Shown in pieces: positions 12,338-24,473 of a DNA stretch of 64,000 nucleotides (the stretch's first letter is position 1; every line of letters begins with the position of its first letter). Position numbers and translations under genes: made by a program. The notes below the pieces were generated by a model. That model worked only from the letters and a program-made list of their open reading frames with translations, ran no database searches and had not been told where the DNA came from. Source of the DNA: Octopus sinensis (lineage: Eukaryota). Location of the stretch: NCBI RefSeq assembly GCF_006345805.1, contig NC_042997.1, forward strand, positions 96,224,001-96,288,000. The letters are read 5' to 3'.

Positions 12338-14751
12338 GTAAATATTTCATGTAGCTCATGAATTTCATATTTTATATAGACCATTGTGTTTCTAATATTT
12401 GTTGCAAGAAGTATAACTATCGCTCAACACACCAACACACATACACACAAACGTACGCACACACGCAAATACGCATATGAGTGTATGTGTGTTCTTAAAT
12501 ATATAAATGTTTATATATATGTATATTTATTTTTGTGTTTCTTTTTATTAATATACGTTTTTTATATGTATCTATGTATATCTATATCAGCCCATCTGGA
12601 TTCCTCTTGACCCCGTGGACCTTGTTGTAAATGAAGAATTTCGAGTTAAGTTGCACTTCATTTGAGCACTGATATGCGATTTCTGTACTGCGTATATCTA
12701 GCTCACACTGATTTTGTGTATACCCTCTGCTCAGCTGAACGCTACTCGTAGATTACACTTTATATCCATAAACAATTTTAAGCATCTCTACTAAGAATAT
12801 ATAATGAGATTTTACATGGAATTACAACAAGAGAAAGCTAATTACTTCATTGCAGAGATGAGCTGGAGGGTTATCTTCTACGACAAGAGATCTAAAATCT
12901 TTCATCCTTCCCAAGATAAGGACTACAGCAGCATATAACCTTATAAGAATCCGTCTCCTAATTTTGAATAGGAGATACTACAAATGATTAGAATTCCTCT
13001 TCACTCTCACTGCATTGCATTTCATCACTACATGTATTTCATTCACAAAGCATAGGTCGTCCCGGGCTATAGTGGAAAATCTTTGCTATAATGGGACTGA
13101 ACAAGCAACCACACTGTCATGCCTGCGCTCATAAAAATAAAATAGTTTAAAAAAGCTAAAAGATTTCCTACTGTAAAAAGCAAACCCCACAAGGAAAATG
13201 TTTCTATTCCAAGACATAAAGTATAGTAATCTGGATTTATTTAAAATACCAAATTTACGTTTATCTTCTTTCACACATTAATTTTCATTGTTTGTTTTAC
13301 TTTCACATTAAAAGACCGTTAGCAGTATTTGCAATACGTTTGAAGAATTACTAACCATTAATCAATGAAATTAAACGAAAAGAATTCACTTTTGTTTCCA
13401 AGATTTCATTATGCAAATTCAATTTGGCACACATCAATCTTTAGACTTAAGTTTTAAATTGAAAATTAACTTCTGCCGTTTTACATTTCAAAATTATATT
13501 TGTTTAGTGATATTTGTCTTACACTCACTTATATGCAATTGGCATAATAGATAATAAAATATATTTACTATATACAATTGCGAGTGAAAATATATTAACA
13601 ATGAAGCACAATTTTAAGCAACAAAACTAAGTAATAAAGACTAATTTCCGAATGCATGAAATAGAATCTGATCGTAAACCTGCATTCAAGACTTTTCTTT
13701 TGAATACTCTTTTCAGAAAATAATTATTTCAGGAAATGACTGATGAATGTTCATCCGTAATTTTTATTTATGCTTTCATCTTTTAATGGAATTGTTTTTT
13801 ATACTTGAAACTCTGCTTGTGAATTAGTCGTGATAATGCATGTTTAGTGAGGCTAGAACAGATAGAGGAAGAGAGTAGCTCACAAGTAAACTCACATTTT
13901 GTTACATGTTATATATGAGTAGAGAGTAGGTGAAATAATATTTACTTAATATGTATAAAGATTATGTTAATAAAGGAAAGGAGACTGAAATATTTGTGCT
14001 AAACAATTCATTTTTTTGCTTTAGATCTCTGTTCATAAAGGCAGATACAAGTAGCCGTAAAAGATATGTGTATGATGCTACCATGTAAAGATTAGATAAG
14101 ATAGAAGGGTAGTTTGATAAGCATAAATAATTAACACGAGGCAGGGAACAATGCCGAACTTTGCATCATCCTAGTGTTGAGAGAATATATGTAACATTTT
14201 TTAGTGCGTTTCAGATAAAATATCACCAACACAAACAGCTGAACTAATGCAAAGACACCGGAAACAAAAGGCATATGTAGGACAGCGTTTACTTTTGAGT
14301 GATATAGTATCTCGAATGTCTAATAAGTCCAACTTTCCAGAAGTCAAACATGTACCCATCAAAGGGAGAGACACTGAATATTACTGTTTAAAATCTATCT
14401 GCCCCATTCGATATGTTCGAAGTGACTTCTACTGCTGAATATTCTCTCTTAACTGGATGCATATTTCAAAAAATAGGAAGAGATCTGGGGAAAGACAATT
14501 GATATATTTACTTCTGTTGGCCAAAAATATTAGATATTAATTGATTAACTTATGTTTGTGTAAGTTTCTGTTCTCATTTCTATGTTCTATACTTGCCAGT
14601 AATAGGGGACATAGAGTTTATATTATTCCTCTCTTCTTCTCTTTTGTGAATGTGGATTAAATCTTAAAAACGGAATCTACTATGTTAGGCTGCATTTAAC
14701 CACACACGCACACACACATACATACGCATAAACGTATATTCCCTTGTTCAA

Positions 14752-15593
14752 TTTGGGCAACAAAATAGAATTTATTGTCTGCTACCCAAACAAATGGTGT
14801 TGTACCAAACTAAATCGAGTACGCTGATTCCGATTCTGAACTCAGAATTGCTGTAGCAGTCCGAATTTTGAGTTATGCATAATAATATATCATTAGTATA
14901 TTAGTATCAGGAATGGTTCATAGTTCAAGGTAAATAATTATTATAAAAATATATTAGAACTGTATATATTATATTTATGTTAACGGCAAATAGTATTATA
15001 ATATAATGACATATAGTATATTTATGTTAAAGGAATACTCACTTTATTTTTGATATGCTCAGCTCAGAAATGTTCGAAACACTTGCTCTTGCGCTTATGC
15101 GTCGTGTTGGTCTCCCGTTGTAGGAGCAATGCTTTTCCACTGGTCACACGGAGCAAATTTACCACATACATAACAAAAGTTCTCTGAGTAATTCACACAG
15201 CCTCTCTTGTTCATAATCTATCACAATGAACACAGTTAAAACAGTAGTCACGCAGAATGAGAGATACACATACCACACGTGAGAGCTGCGCAAACGACAC
15301 CGAGAGTTACCAAGAACACACTGACTTATTTGGCGCTAGTACACAATACATCAGTGTATTGCTAAACTAAATAATGAACTTTTTCATCGTTTCTTTTATT
15401 GCTGATATTTCTTTAATTTTGTATCAGGACTACTTTCATTTCAGCAAATATTAAAAACGGCTTATATCTAGTTGAAAGTATAACTGAATATCCTGATGTG
15501 CTAGAACAATTCTGAGTGCGAATTCAGAATCAGCAACTTAGATTTAGTCTAAAACATATACTTTTATCCCAGTAGCAAAATCTTTGTTGTCCA
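14752..15593. mobile_element. Old MITE or non-autonomous DNA transposon with ~130 bp degenerate inverted termini
   Basis: gggcaacaaa...ctaaatcgagtacgctgattccgattctgaactcagaattgct (left) pairs with caattctgagtgcgaattcagaatcagcaacttagatttag...tttgttgtcca (right). Confidence 0.5.
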
Positions 15594-16450
15594 CTGTTGT
15601 GAGTGCATGTGTCTTCCGTACGTGTGCATATATGTGGGTTGTATGAATGAGTGTGTTAATATTCTTTACCATTTTCATATAAATCCACACGGAAGTTATG
15701 TACAAAATTTGATGCGTTATAAGATAAATTTTCTTTCAAATATTTGGCAAAGGCATCAGTTTAAACCAAGTACTTTTGACCTAGGATGTATCATTCCCTT
15801 AGTGACGGTACGAGCCCAAAAAGGATTGCAAATATCAAAAGACCAGTATCGGTGGTAAGGTTTGTCCATTTCCTTAGGAGTAAAATATTTAAATCAAGTA
15901 CTTCAATTATATTTTATACACATTTTCAAAAATATCATTGTCAGATTAAAATATGATAGTACATTCTATTACTCTGTTATCAATGAGCAGAAAAACATTA
16001 TTCTTTTGCAAGTACATATACGTCTCCCGAGATATCAAACATAACATACACAAAAAAATAAATTAATATAAAATAAAATACTATTTTGACGAAATTCTAA
16101 GACACGATAATAGATAATTGAGGAACAGAGAAAGTAATAAAATTGAAAAATAATGGAAAATAGCTTTCATATCGATTTTCCTTTGACAAACATAGAATGT
16201 ATCAATGCACTGTTAATTTGAAATAAGAAACATAATAAAATAAGCTGGAAGTTCAAGTGTACGAGTTCCTATGAAGATGTCAAAACATCTACTAGGGGGT
16301 GTCTTTAATATATGAATTAATAAAACGTCCATTTTACGTTGAATATTATATCATACATAGACTCTCGGCTAAGAGCATAAGTGTAGCAATGACGAACAAA
16401 CTTCAGAAGTATAATATAATCTGTATATAAATACACAAGCTCAGAGACAC

Positions 16451-16481
<31 letters not shown>

Positions 16482-16659
16482 CACACATACATACACATAC
16501 ACATACATACACACATACATACACACATACATACCTACATGCACACACGGACGTATACATACATACACACATACATACATTCATATATACAAACATGCAT
16601 ACATGCATACATACATACATACATACATACATACATACATACATACATACATACATACA

Positions 16660-16950
16660 TAGAAGGCCTACCCAAAAGTAACCGGAAATTTTCCCTGTGG
16701 GACAAGCCCGTTGTAGTTCAGGCTTGCGGCTAGAAGACACGTCACGAATGCTGGTCCAACGAAATGTGCAGATTTGAAAGAGGTGTTGAAAAATCGATGG
16801 AGGCGTTAAAAAGCATCACTTCCCAAGAATTTCAGCACTGCCACCAATAGTAGAAAAATGCGACTGGACCGATTCCATGGAGAATACTTTGAAGGCGATA
16901 AAAGTGTAAACATGTAAAATAAGTGAATAAAATAATATTGCAAAATTTGC
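16660..16950 (+). mobile_element. Internally deleted mariner remnant
   Basis: Contains ggagaatactttgaaggcgataaa (GEYFEGDK, mariner transposase C-terminus) after a gaaggcctacccaaaagtaaccggaa terminus. Confidence 0.55.
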
Positions 16951-17010
16951 TTTTCCAATTTGTTCCACGTCCTCGCGTTGTTGTGTTTTTTGTGCTTTTT
17001 GTTTGGATTA

Positions 17011-17081
<71 letters not shown>

Positions 17082-17177
17082 TAATCCAAACAAGAAAGCA
17101 CAAAAAAACACAACAACGCGAGGACGTGGAACAAATATAGTATTATTGGACGCTCAGGAAAGAAGGAAAGAAGGAGG

Positions 17178-17212
17178 GTTTAACGTTTCGAGCGGAGCTC
17201 TTCGTCGGAAAC
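17178..17212 (-). ncRNA. Minimal variant type I hammerhead (core CCGACGA plus extra A; loopless AC/GU stem III)
   Basis: Minus strand: GTTT CCGACGA A GAGC TCC GCTC GAA AC GT T AAAC. Stems I and II pair fully; U4 is replaced by C. Confidence 0.55.
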
Positions 17213-17481
17213 ATAGGAGAAGGAAAGATCCAGAGAAAAGAAGAAACAGGGAAAAAAATCGCCAACGGTACACACGCGGTCGTGTGTGTGTGTGTGTGTG
17301 TATGGATCAAAACAGTTTGATCAAACTCCCTGATACTCTAACTTTCAAGCGTCTCGCTAGTCTTCGACCATTGCGTTTGCATGACTGAAGTTTGAATCAA
17401 ACTAGTTTCATCCATACATGTGACTCTCAATAAATCTTTTGAGTGCCCTTCTTTCGTTTATCTACTCACTCGTATATATAT

Positions 17482-17872
17482 TCTTTTATTCTTTTACTTG
17501 TTCCGGTCATTTGACTGGAGCCATGTTGGAACACAACCTTCAATCAAACAAAACGACCTCAGAACTTATTCATTGTAAGCCTAGTACTTTTTCTAGTGGT
17601 TCATTTTCCGAACCGCTAATTTACGGAGACGTAAACTTACAAACATCATTTGTCAAGCGATGGTGGGCTCAAACAAAATCACACAAATACATAAACACAT
17701 AAATATTTCAAATATGTATACGACGGAATTCTTTCAGTTTCCGTCTACTAAATCCATTCACAAGAATTTAGTCGGCCCGAGGCTAGAGTAGAAGTCACTT
17801 GCCCAAGATGCTGCGCAGTGCGATGGAAGCCGGATTCATATGTTTGGGAAGCAAGCTTCTTACCACACAGCT
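17482..17872 (-). mobile_element. SINE family A copy (diverged)
   Basis: Colinear with 10448-10843. Confidence 0.8.
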
Positions 17873-19099
17873 AGAAGTATGTATATAATCAACTCCATAC
17901 GATAGATGCATTATATATTTGAGCATATGTATAAGTTATAAAGAGTCCCGAATTGACATACAGGAATGTGCGTTTCTTGCCGGCTGACTATATAACTGAA
18001 ACAAGCGGTTATGATAACATATTTCAATATTCGATTTGACGAATAATATTATATTAATATGTTAGATACTACAATGATCAATCTAGAGCTGGACATCATC
18101 TTAGCAAACCTCATGTTACTTCCCAAGTCTCTAGTTTATCATCTGTCTTATTCACAGTACCCGACCTTGCTCCTACCTGCGTTATTCAACTTACAAGGAA
18201 ACAAGAAACTGTATTTCTATTTGTGGAATAAAGCAATCTCTAGCTCTGACAAATATATTCTGTCAAAGATCTACAATAGTATCTCAACTTCCTTCTGGAA
18301 TATTGTCTCGGCGCCTACGTTTTGTTCTCATTCTACACCATTCATCTGCCTATGATGGATATCTATATCAAAGCTACTCTGGCTCAAATAATTTTACTGA
18401 TACTCTGAAATAAAACTGATGTCGATAACCCTCTTAGAATGACTGCGACTACCGTAATATATTTGATTGAATACTTAATTTATTTGATGTTCTTCATGCG
18501 CAGAACATCTCTTCTGAAGAGAAACTGCTGTCTGTGATACCGAGTAGCTTTGTATTCCGCACAATCTGCCCTAATTATTTCCTTTGGGAACCCGTCTCGT
18601 CAAGCACTGAGGAACCATATATTTTGTTAATTCAAAAATATTTTCCAAATGGCGGTTTCTAAAGCAATAAGTTACTATTATTACTTCTTAACCCAATTAC
18701 CAAAGCATGCAAGTTTCAAACGTGAGAGCCTGTACAGTTCGAGTAACTCCGGTCGAAGACTAAAAGGAGAAATCTCCATGTGATGTTATCTAAATAAGAA
18801 AGGTTGGTTACAGTTTGAATGCCTTTAATTATAGATTATCTCAATAAAAACGAACGTCATACGTCTGCTTAATTATAGATGACCTGCAATGGCAACTTGT
18901 CTGAAAATGTCTCCGTAATGCATTTAGGTATAAACATTGTCGTAAAATTATAGACAGAATATCTCGCTGCATCGCCGTCGTCGGCACATCTGGGTAAATA
19001 TCGCCATTGTTTTTCCACATCTGCATAATTAATGTAAATGTACATCATACGACGGAACGAATGTAGATCAAATCCGATAAGTTTGAAAGAAATTAAGTA

Positions 19100-19136
<37 letters not shown>

Positions 19137-19367
19137 CAAACACACAGACACACACAAGAACACGTATGTATGCATGAATGTACATATGTATACATGCATG
19201 TATGTATTATTATGTATGTATAGACGTATGGTCAATGAAATTTCATTGAGACAAGGTAATAACAACGAAAATAATAATACCAAACACCAGCAAATTCTTT
19301 GTTTCTGAGAGGAATACGACGACAATGATGACAGAAAATAACTTACATGACTGTTACTTAAATTGAA

Positions 19368-19422
<55 letters not shown>

Positions 19423-19572
19423 CGGTACAAGCAATTAAGATTCAAGTGAGTTCTGTTGAATTCACATGAATATGATACTTAACTTGGATGCACCAGAAAT
19501 CTATATGGTGTTAACCATTCGACAAAGTGGGGTGATTATAAATAGGAAAAAAGCAACAAGAATGGATCAATA

Positions 19573-19661
19573 TTTCGGTACAATTGTTTCGTACGAAGAC
19601 ATCTTTAATAAGGCTACAAGAATTGCAGTAAATATAATTGACCCGTACTCATCAGCCGAAA
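19573..19661 (-). ncRNA. Type I hammerhead ribozyme (sense to the PLE ORF, 3' end)
   Basis: Stem I TTTCGG/CCGAAA; CTGATGA; stem II GTACG/CGTAC with a 48 nt loop; GAA; palindromic stem III ACAATTGT; GUA triplet. Confidence 0.9.
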
Positions 19662-20671
19662 AAACATCTGAGATCTCCAAACTTCAAAGGGGGTGATGTT
19701 ACACTCGTGAAACATCATGGAATGTTCTATAAAAATAAGATTTAGATAACAAATTGATTTCTAAAAGGTCTTTTAGTATTGTACAGTCATGTATCAGGTT
19801 TAAATTTTTTTTTTCAAAACCTCTTAGTTTTCCAGAAAGTGAAGATGAAAGTGAGGATGTAAATTAATCCATATTGAAGAAAGTTTGGTTCCTGGAGATA
19901 TGATGAGAGGTATCGTACTCACAGAATATGTATTTATCCATATATGGTTCATAGTAAAGTGTGATTCAAGCTGTGTGAAGATATTTTGGATACACTTGTG
20001 CGAAATTTCTGAAAACTGCTATGTTAGAATCCGAAAAAGTTGTAGGAGGGTCAGTGAAGCGTAGCGACAGTCAGTGGAGACGAACTGACTGATATAGAAA
20101 TCTGCAAGAACCACAGAGCTTAAAGGAGGAATGTTAAATTTGACCACCTACTGTTGTTAATTGCTATATAAAGAGGAAATAGGAAGGTGAAAAGGGGGGT
20201 GGGGTCAAAGGTTGTTCCTATAGAAAAACATCTTAGCGTATTTAGTGCAATATTCGAACGGAGGTCATTTATTTTATTTCTTTATTTATTAATGTTACTA
20301 TTAATACATTGCCAGGTTATGGGAATACAATAAGAGGTCAGAAGAAAGGAAATAGAGTTATTTTTCATAATGAAAAACCGTTATATTATAGGTCTGGGAT
20401 TAGCAAAATTCATAACTAGTATATAAAAGAACTAAGAAGTCTAATTAACCAATTTTTTATAAGTAGGTTTACTTAAAATAGACTAAAAATTAGAAAGAAA
20501 TAATTTAAATTATCTACATAGTCTAATAGAATGAAGTTACTAATCAACTAATTTATATCTATAAGTATCATCTAGTACAGTTAGAGAGAGAATATAACCA
20601 TAGCTAATGAGATCGTAGCTGTCTAATTAAATATATAATATATAATAAAAAAGTGATTTTTATATACTGTT

Positions 20672-23643
20672 ATCATTTAAAATATTTAAGAGTCTTAATC
20701 CTAGCGTGGATACAAGAGAACCCAGTTCTATCCGGTTATTCAATAAAATATCATTTTTTCTATTCATTAGTATTTCAAATGTTTCCATGGAGCAAAGTTG
20801 ACAATCAACTCTGCTATTTTTATAAGGTGTCGCTCTTCTAACTAATTCCCAATTAAGGTTATACTTAATATCATTGTTTTTTAGAGCCCAGATTTTACTT
20901 GAAAGAGTGGTGCTATCAGCTTTATGACGTAATTTGAAAGAAGATAGATGGTTACTAAGGCGTTTTTTAAAATTTATAGTACATCCTAAATAGGTATCTT
21001 TGTTATTATCTGTGGTTATGGTGCATTTGTAGATTACGTCATTTAACCCGCATAGACCAGGCGCCGGGCAAAACATTACGAGTATATTTTTCGTTGTTTT
21101 GGTTACTGCTGTTATCTAAAATAGTGTTATCGTTATTGTAGTTAATGTTATTATCTAAAGTAGTATTATCATTTATCGGTATTCCTACACTATCATTTGA
21201 TTCTATAACCCTACCATCATTATTAATATTGTTGGTGCTGTTACTATTGTTGCCGGTATTAGTTTATAAATGTATAGTGTTATTGTAGATATCATTGTTG
21301 TCTCCATTCTCGGTATATTCACTCCTGGTATTATTCGTATTATTAACATAATTGTTCCTATTCGTGTTATTATTATTACTAGCAATTCTATAGCTATTTG
21401 TTATACTTATGTTATGATATTCGTTATTATTATTGTAGCTATTATTAATTTCAGTAATGTTACTACAATTTTCATTTGTATTCTTATTGCTATTATTTAA
21501 ATTTTTCCTGGCTAGTTTTATGTTATTATTATTGATCCTGGCTATTAAAGTGGACATATTTGGGAGGGTTGAATAAGAAATTCTGACCGTATTTTTAGAA
21601 ATAATTTTATGATATCTATGAGAGGATGGGAAGTTCTTTTCTAGAATTATTTTGAATCTACTCTGAATATCTGATAAAACCGCACAGTTGAAAGGGATGT
21701 TTAGCCACATTATGTCCTTCCTATTAAATTTCTTAGAATTAGAATTGGGGTTATTTGAATCGTTCCTACTCTCACCAGAGTCGTTGTATTTATTGATGTT
21801 CTTATTAGCATGTTTCTTAGTTTTATCAAAGTTTATCTTATCCGTATTACCTGTGTTCAGTTCAATGTTCCTATTATTATTCTTAATTTCATTAGGATAT
21901 TTTGTCATCGTAAATCTACTTCTACTATTATTTCTGGCGTGATCCCTATTGTTGTTTACGTGGCAATTGTTACTTTTTTTATTAGGGATATGTAAGTTCT
22001 CTTTATCAATGTTACTAATTGTATGCTTCTTAGTTTTATCTAAAATTATCTTATCAGAGTTATCTATGTTTTGGTCTATGTACTTATCCTTGTTCTGATT
22101 ACCATTTAGATTAGATGTCACATTAAATCTACTTCTACGTCTATTATCGGCGCGATCCCTATTGTTGTTTACGTGGTTATTGCTACTTAAATTATTATGA
22201 ATTTGTAAGTTATCTTTATCAATAAAGGTAATTTTTTGGTTGTATCCTGGTCTAGATAACGCCGCAATATAATGCTCTGAATGAGAGTTAAATATATCAA
22301 AATTGGATGATAATTTAGATATTCTTACGGAAATAGTTTTAACTAAAGATTTAATTATATTTGGGGGATGATTGGATAATTTATTTACGTAACTAGTGAT
22401 TTCACCTTCTTTTCTAAATGAGTAATGTAGCTTAGAGTTAAGGTCTAATGTAATATCTAAAAAATTGACTATTTTAGTGCCTTGTTCATAGGTTATGCTA
22501 AGGTTGAAATTTTTAAAGAACCTATTAATTTTCTTTTTGATCCTTTCAATGTTCGATTTATTATTACTAGGGACAACAAACAAAGCATCATCTCTATATA
22601 AACCACCTTGCAATTCAAGGATCTCATTTTTTATGCATTTTAGTAGATATGCTCCAACTAAGTTAGTCACCTCAGCCGAATCACTGGAGCCCATGGGTAT
22701 ATCGAAATTATTAGGGGTATCTGCTCTGGTCCCTAATTTTCCCTCAAACTCAATAAATGTTTTTCTAGCTAAAAGTACAATGTCTATTTCTTCTCTAGAT
22801 ATGAAGGAGCGATTCATAGCGAATATAAGCGATTTATTTAATAGAATAGGGGAAATACTAGAGTAATAGTTGTTTATGTCGAATTGAATGAAGGCCAGAT
22901 TATTGGTATTAGTTAGGGAGTTAAACCATTTTAGGACCTCATCGGTATTTATCCATAGACTTAAGGGAAGAAGCCGGGTTATTTGGGGTAGAACAATATC
23001 AAGGATAGATTTACTGAGTCGGCCAATATCCGACTTAGTTGAAGAAATAAGCCTTACCGACGGGTTTTCCATAAAATTCCTTTTGTGGTCCTTGAGATTA
23101 ATCTTAGGTTCACACGGTATAAGCGGTTCAGTTCTATCTGTTAGATTATATCTTTCCATAATAGCCTTCATTTCTAGGTTTGTTTCTTTTAAATTTCTCT
23201 TAGAAGTAGTTTTGTATTTGGAGTTAAGCTCCTTCTTAATTAGTTTGCTGTAGAGTGTATAGTCTACTCTATAAAGATTACCAGTTTTATCAGCTGGTAC
23301 TAGTATTCCTTGCTTGTTCCGGGTTGATTTGCTTGAGGTGGTGGTTGTACCTTAACGGGTGTTCCTTGAATTTAATCCCTTCTATGAGGTTCAGTAGATC
23401 CTTTTCGAAATTTCCCAGGAGTGAGTTCGGAGGTGGACTCTTTCTGCTTCTAAATATTCTGTCGAACTTCTTATCGGTATTTCATCCTTGAGTGTTCTTT
23501 TCCTGCTTGATATCGAAGTGATATGTTCTCCATCTAATTCTTCTAATGAAGTCATTTATCCTATGGATAAGTAGCTAATAATATTCGTCCTTACTGTGGA
23601 GGGGGATGTCTTTAGGGGAAAACTCGATGTTTAGTTTTTCCAT
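20672..23643 (-). pseudogene. PLE polyprotein (RT plus C-terminal GIY-YIG endonuclease), disrupted
   Basis: ATG 23643 MEKLNIEFSPKDIPLHSK...RINDFIRRIRWR; GILVPADKTGNLY; KDHKRNF..RLIS; FIQFDINNYYSSIS; FDIPMGSSDSAEVTNLVG; GLYRDDAL; NFLDITLDL; VIYKC..YLGCT..FKKRLSNHLSSF; CQLC..E..LLNNR..CIH. Early TAG and TGA, a TAA at 21264 and frameshifts near 23325, 21080 and 20715. Confidence 0.9.
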
Positions 23644-23769
23644 TCTTGCTGAGAAGTTAAGTACTTTTAGAAATCAATTTGTTATCTAAATCTCATTTTT
23701 ATAGAACTTTCCATGATGTTTCACGAGTGTAACATCACCCCCTTTGATGTTTGGAGCTCTCAGATGTTT

Positions 23770-23858
23770 TTTCGGCTGATGAGTACGGGTCACTTATATT
23801 TACTGCAATTTGTGTAGCCTTATTAAAGATGTCTTCGTACGAAACAATTGTACCGAAA
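23770..23858 (+). ncRNA. Type I hammerhead ribozyme (antisense to the PLE ORF, 5' end)
   Basis: TTTCGG 23770, CTGATGA 23776-82, GTACG...CGTAC, GAAA 23841-44, ACAATTGT, A 23852, CCGAAA. Confidence 0.9.
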
Positions 23859-23884
23859 TATTGATCCATTCTTGTTGCTTTTTT

Positions 23885-23930
<46 letters not shown>

Positions 23931-23931
<1 letters not shown>

Positions 23932-24433
23932 CAATTAAGGACAACTACTTAATAAGGAAAACTTAACAAGAAATTGTCAGGTAGATAGCGTAAAAACCTC
24001 ATAAGAGAAAAAAATTTCGAAAATAATTATTTCTTATTGAACATATTAATTTATATATAGAGGGCATTATACATACATGCCAGGAGGCATTGTATATACA
24101 TGCCAAACGCTAAGAGGGACAATCAGTCATTTCTACCAAAAATATTACTAATCCCACCGAATGCAATTTTTCAAAGTAAGACATTTAAAAATATAGACCT
24201 GTATCACAGTGATTTCATACTTACGTAATCATCAGCAGGCCTGAATGTATTATAAATAAACAACGACCCTGCCTCGCTTAAGCCGATCAGCTAACTGATC
24301 AACATCAACGAAGCACATGGGTGAGTTTATATATATTACATCCGGGTAAATGGTAAACTTTTACGAATTGCATTTCGGGAGAGGAAAAGTTTTTTCGGAA
24401 TAAAAATTTAGCAATTAAGGACAACTACTTAAT
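23931..24433 (-). mobile_element. Retrozyme-like non-coding element: 480 nt unit plus 23 nt terminal redundancy, one hammerhead, inside (TA)n
   Basis: gcaattaaggacaactacttaat at 23931-23953 and 24411-24433; HHR at 24196-24241; no PLE-like ORF recognised. Confidence 0.7.
24196..24241 (-). ncRNA. Type I hammerhead ribozyme
   Basis: Minus strand: GGCCTG CTGATGA T TAC GTAA GTA T GAA ATCAC T GTGAT A CAGGTC. Stem I 6 bp with one GU, GNRA-capped stem II, AUA triplet. Confidence 0.85.
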
Positions 24434-24436
24434 GAC

Positions 24437-24473
<37 letters not shown>

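Larger units (their letters stand above)
19538..23890 (-). mobile_element. Near-complete Penelope-like retroelement (Naiad-like) with inverted ~225 bp terminal repeats, each carrying a hammerhead
   Basis: Inverted repeats 19538-19764 and 23665-23890 differ at only a handful of positions. They enclose a minus-strand RT plus GIY-YIG ORF and a ~900 nt 3' UTR. Confidence 0.9.

Noticed and set aside
18484-18530. Hairpin followed by CTGAAGA GAAAC
   Set aside because: No stem II, and the hairpin is offset from the core; not a foldable hammerhead.
23480-23490. In-frame TGA at codon 54 of the 19538-23890 PLE as selenocysteine
   Set aside because: It lies in a variable region (TQG*NTDK), not at a conserved Cys, and follows a TAG; simple decay is more likely.
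24063-24105. Short palindromic direct repeats as a CRISPR-like array
   Set aside because: Only two units with a 3 nt gap in eukaryotic DNA; no spacers or cas genes.
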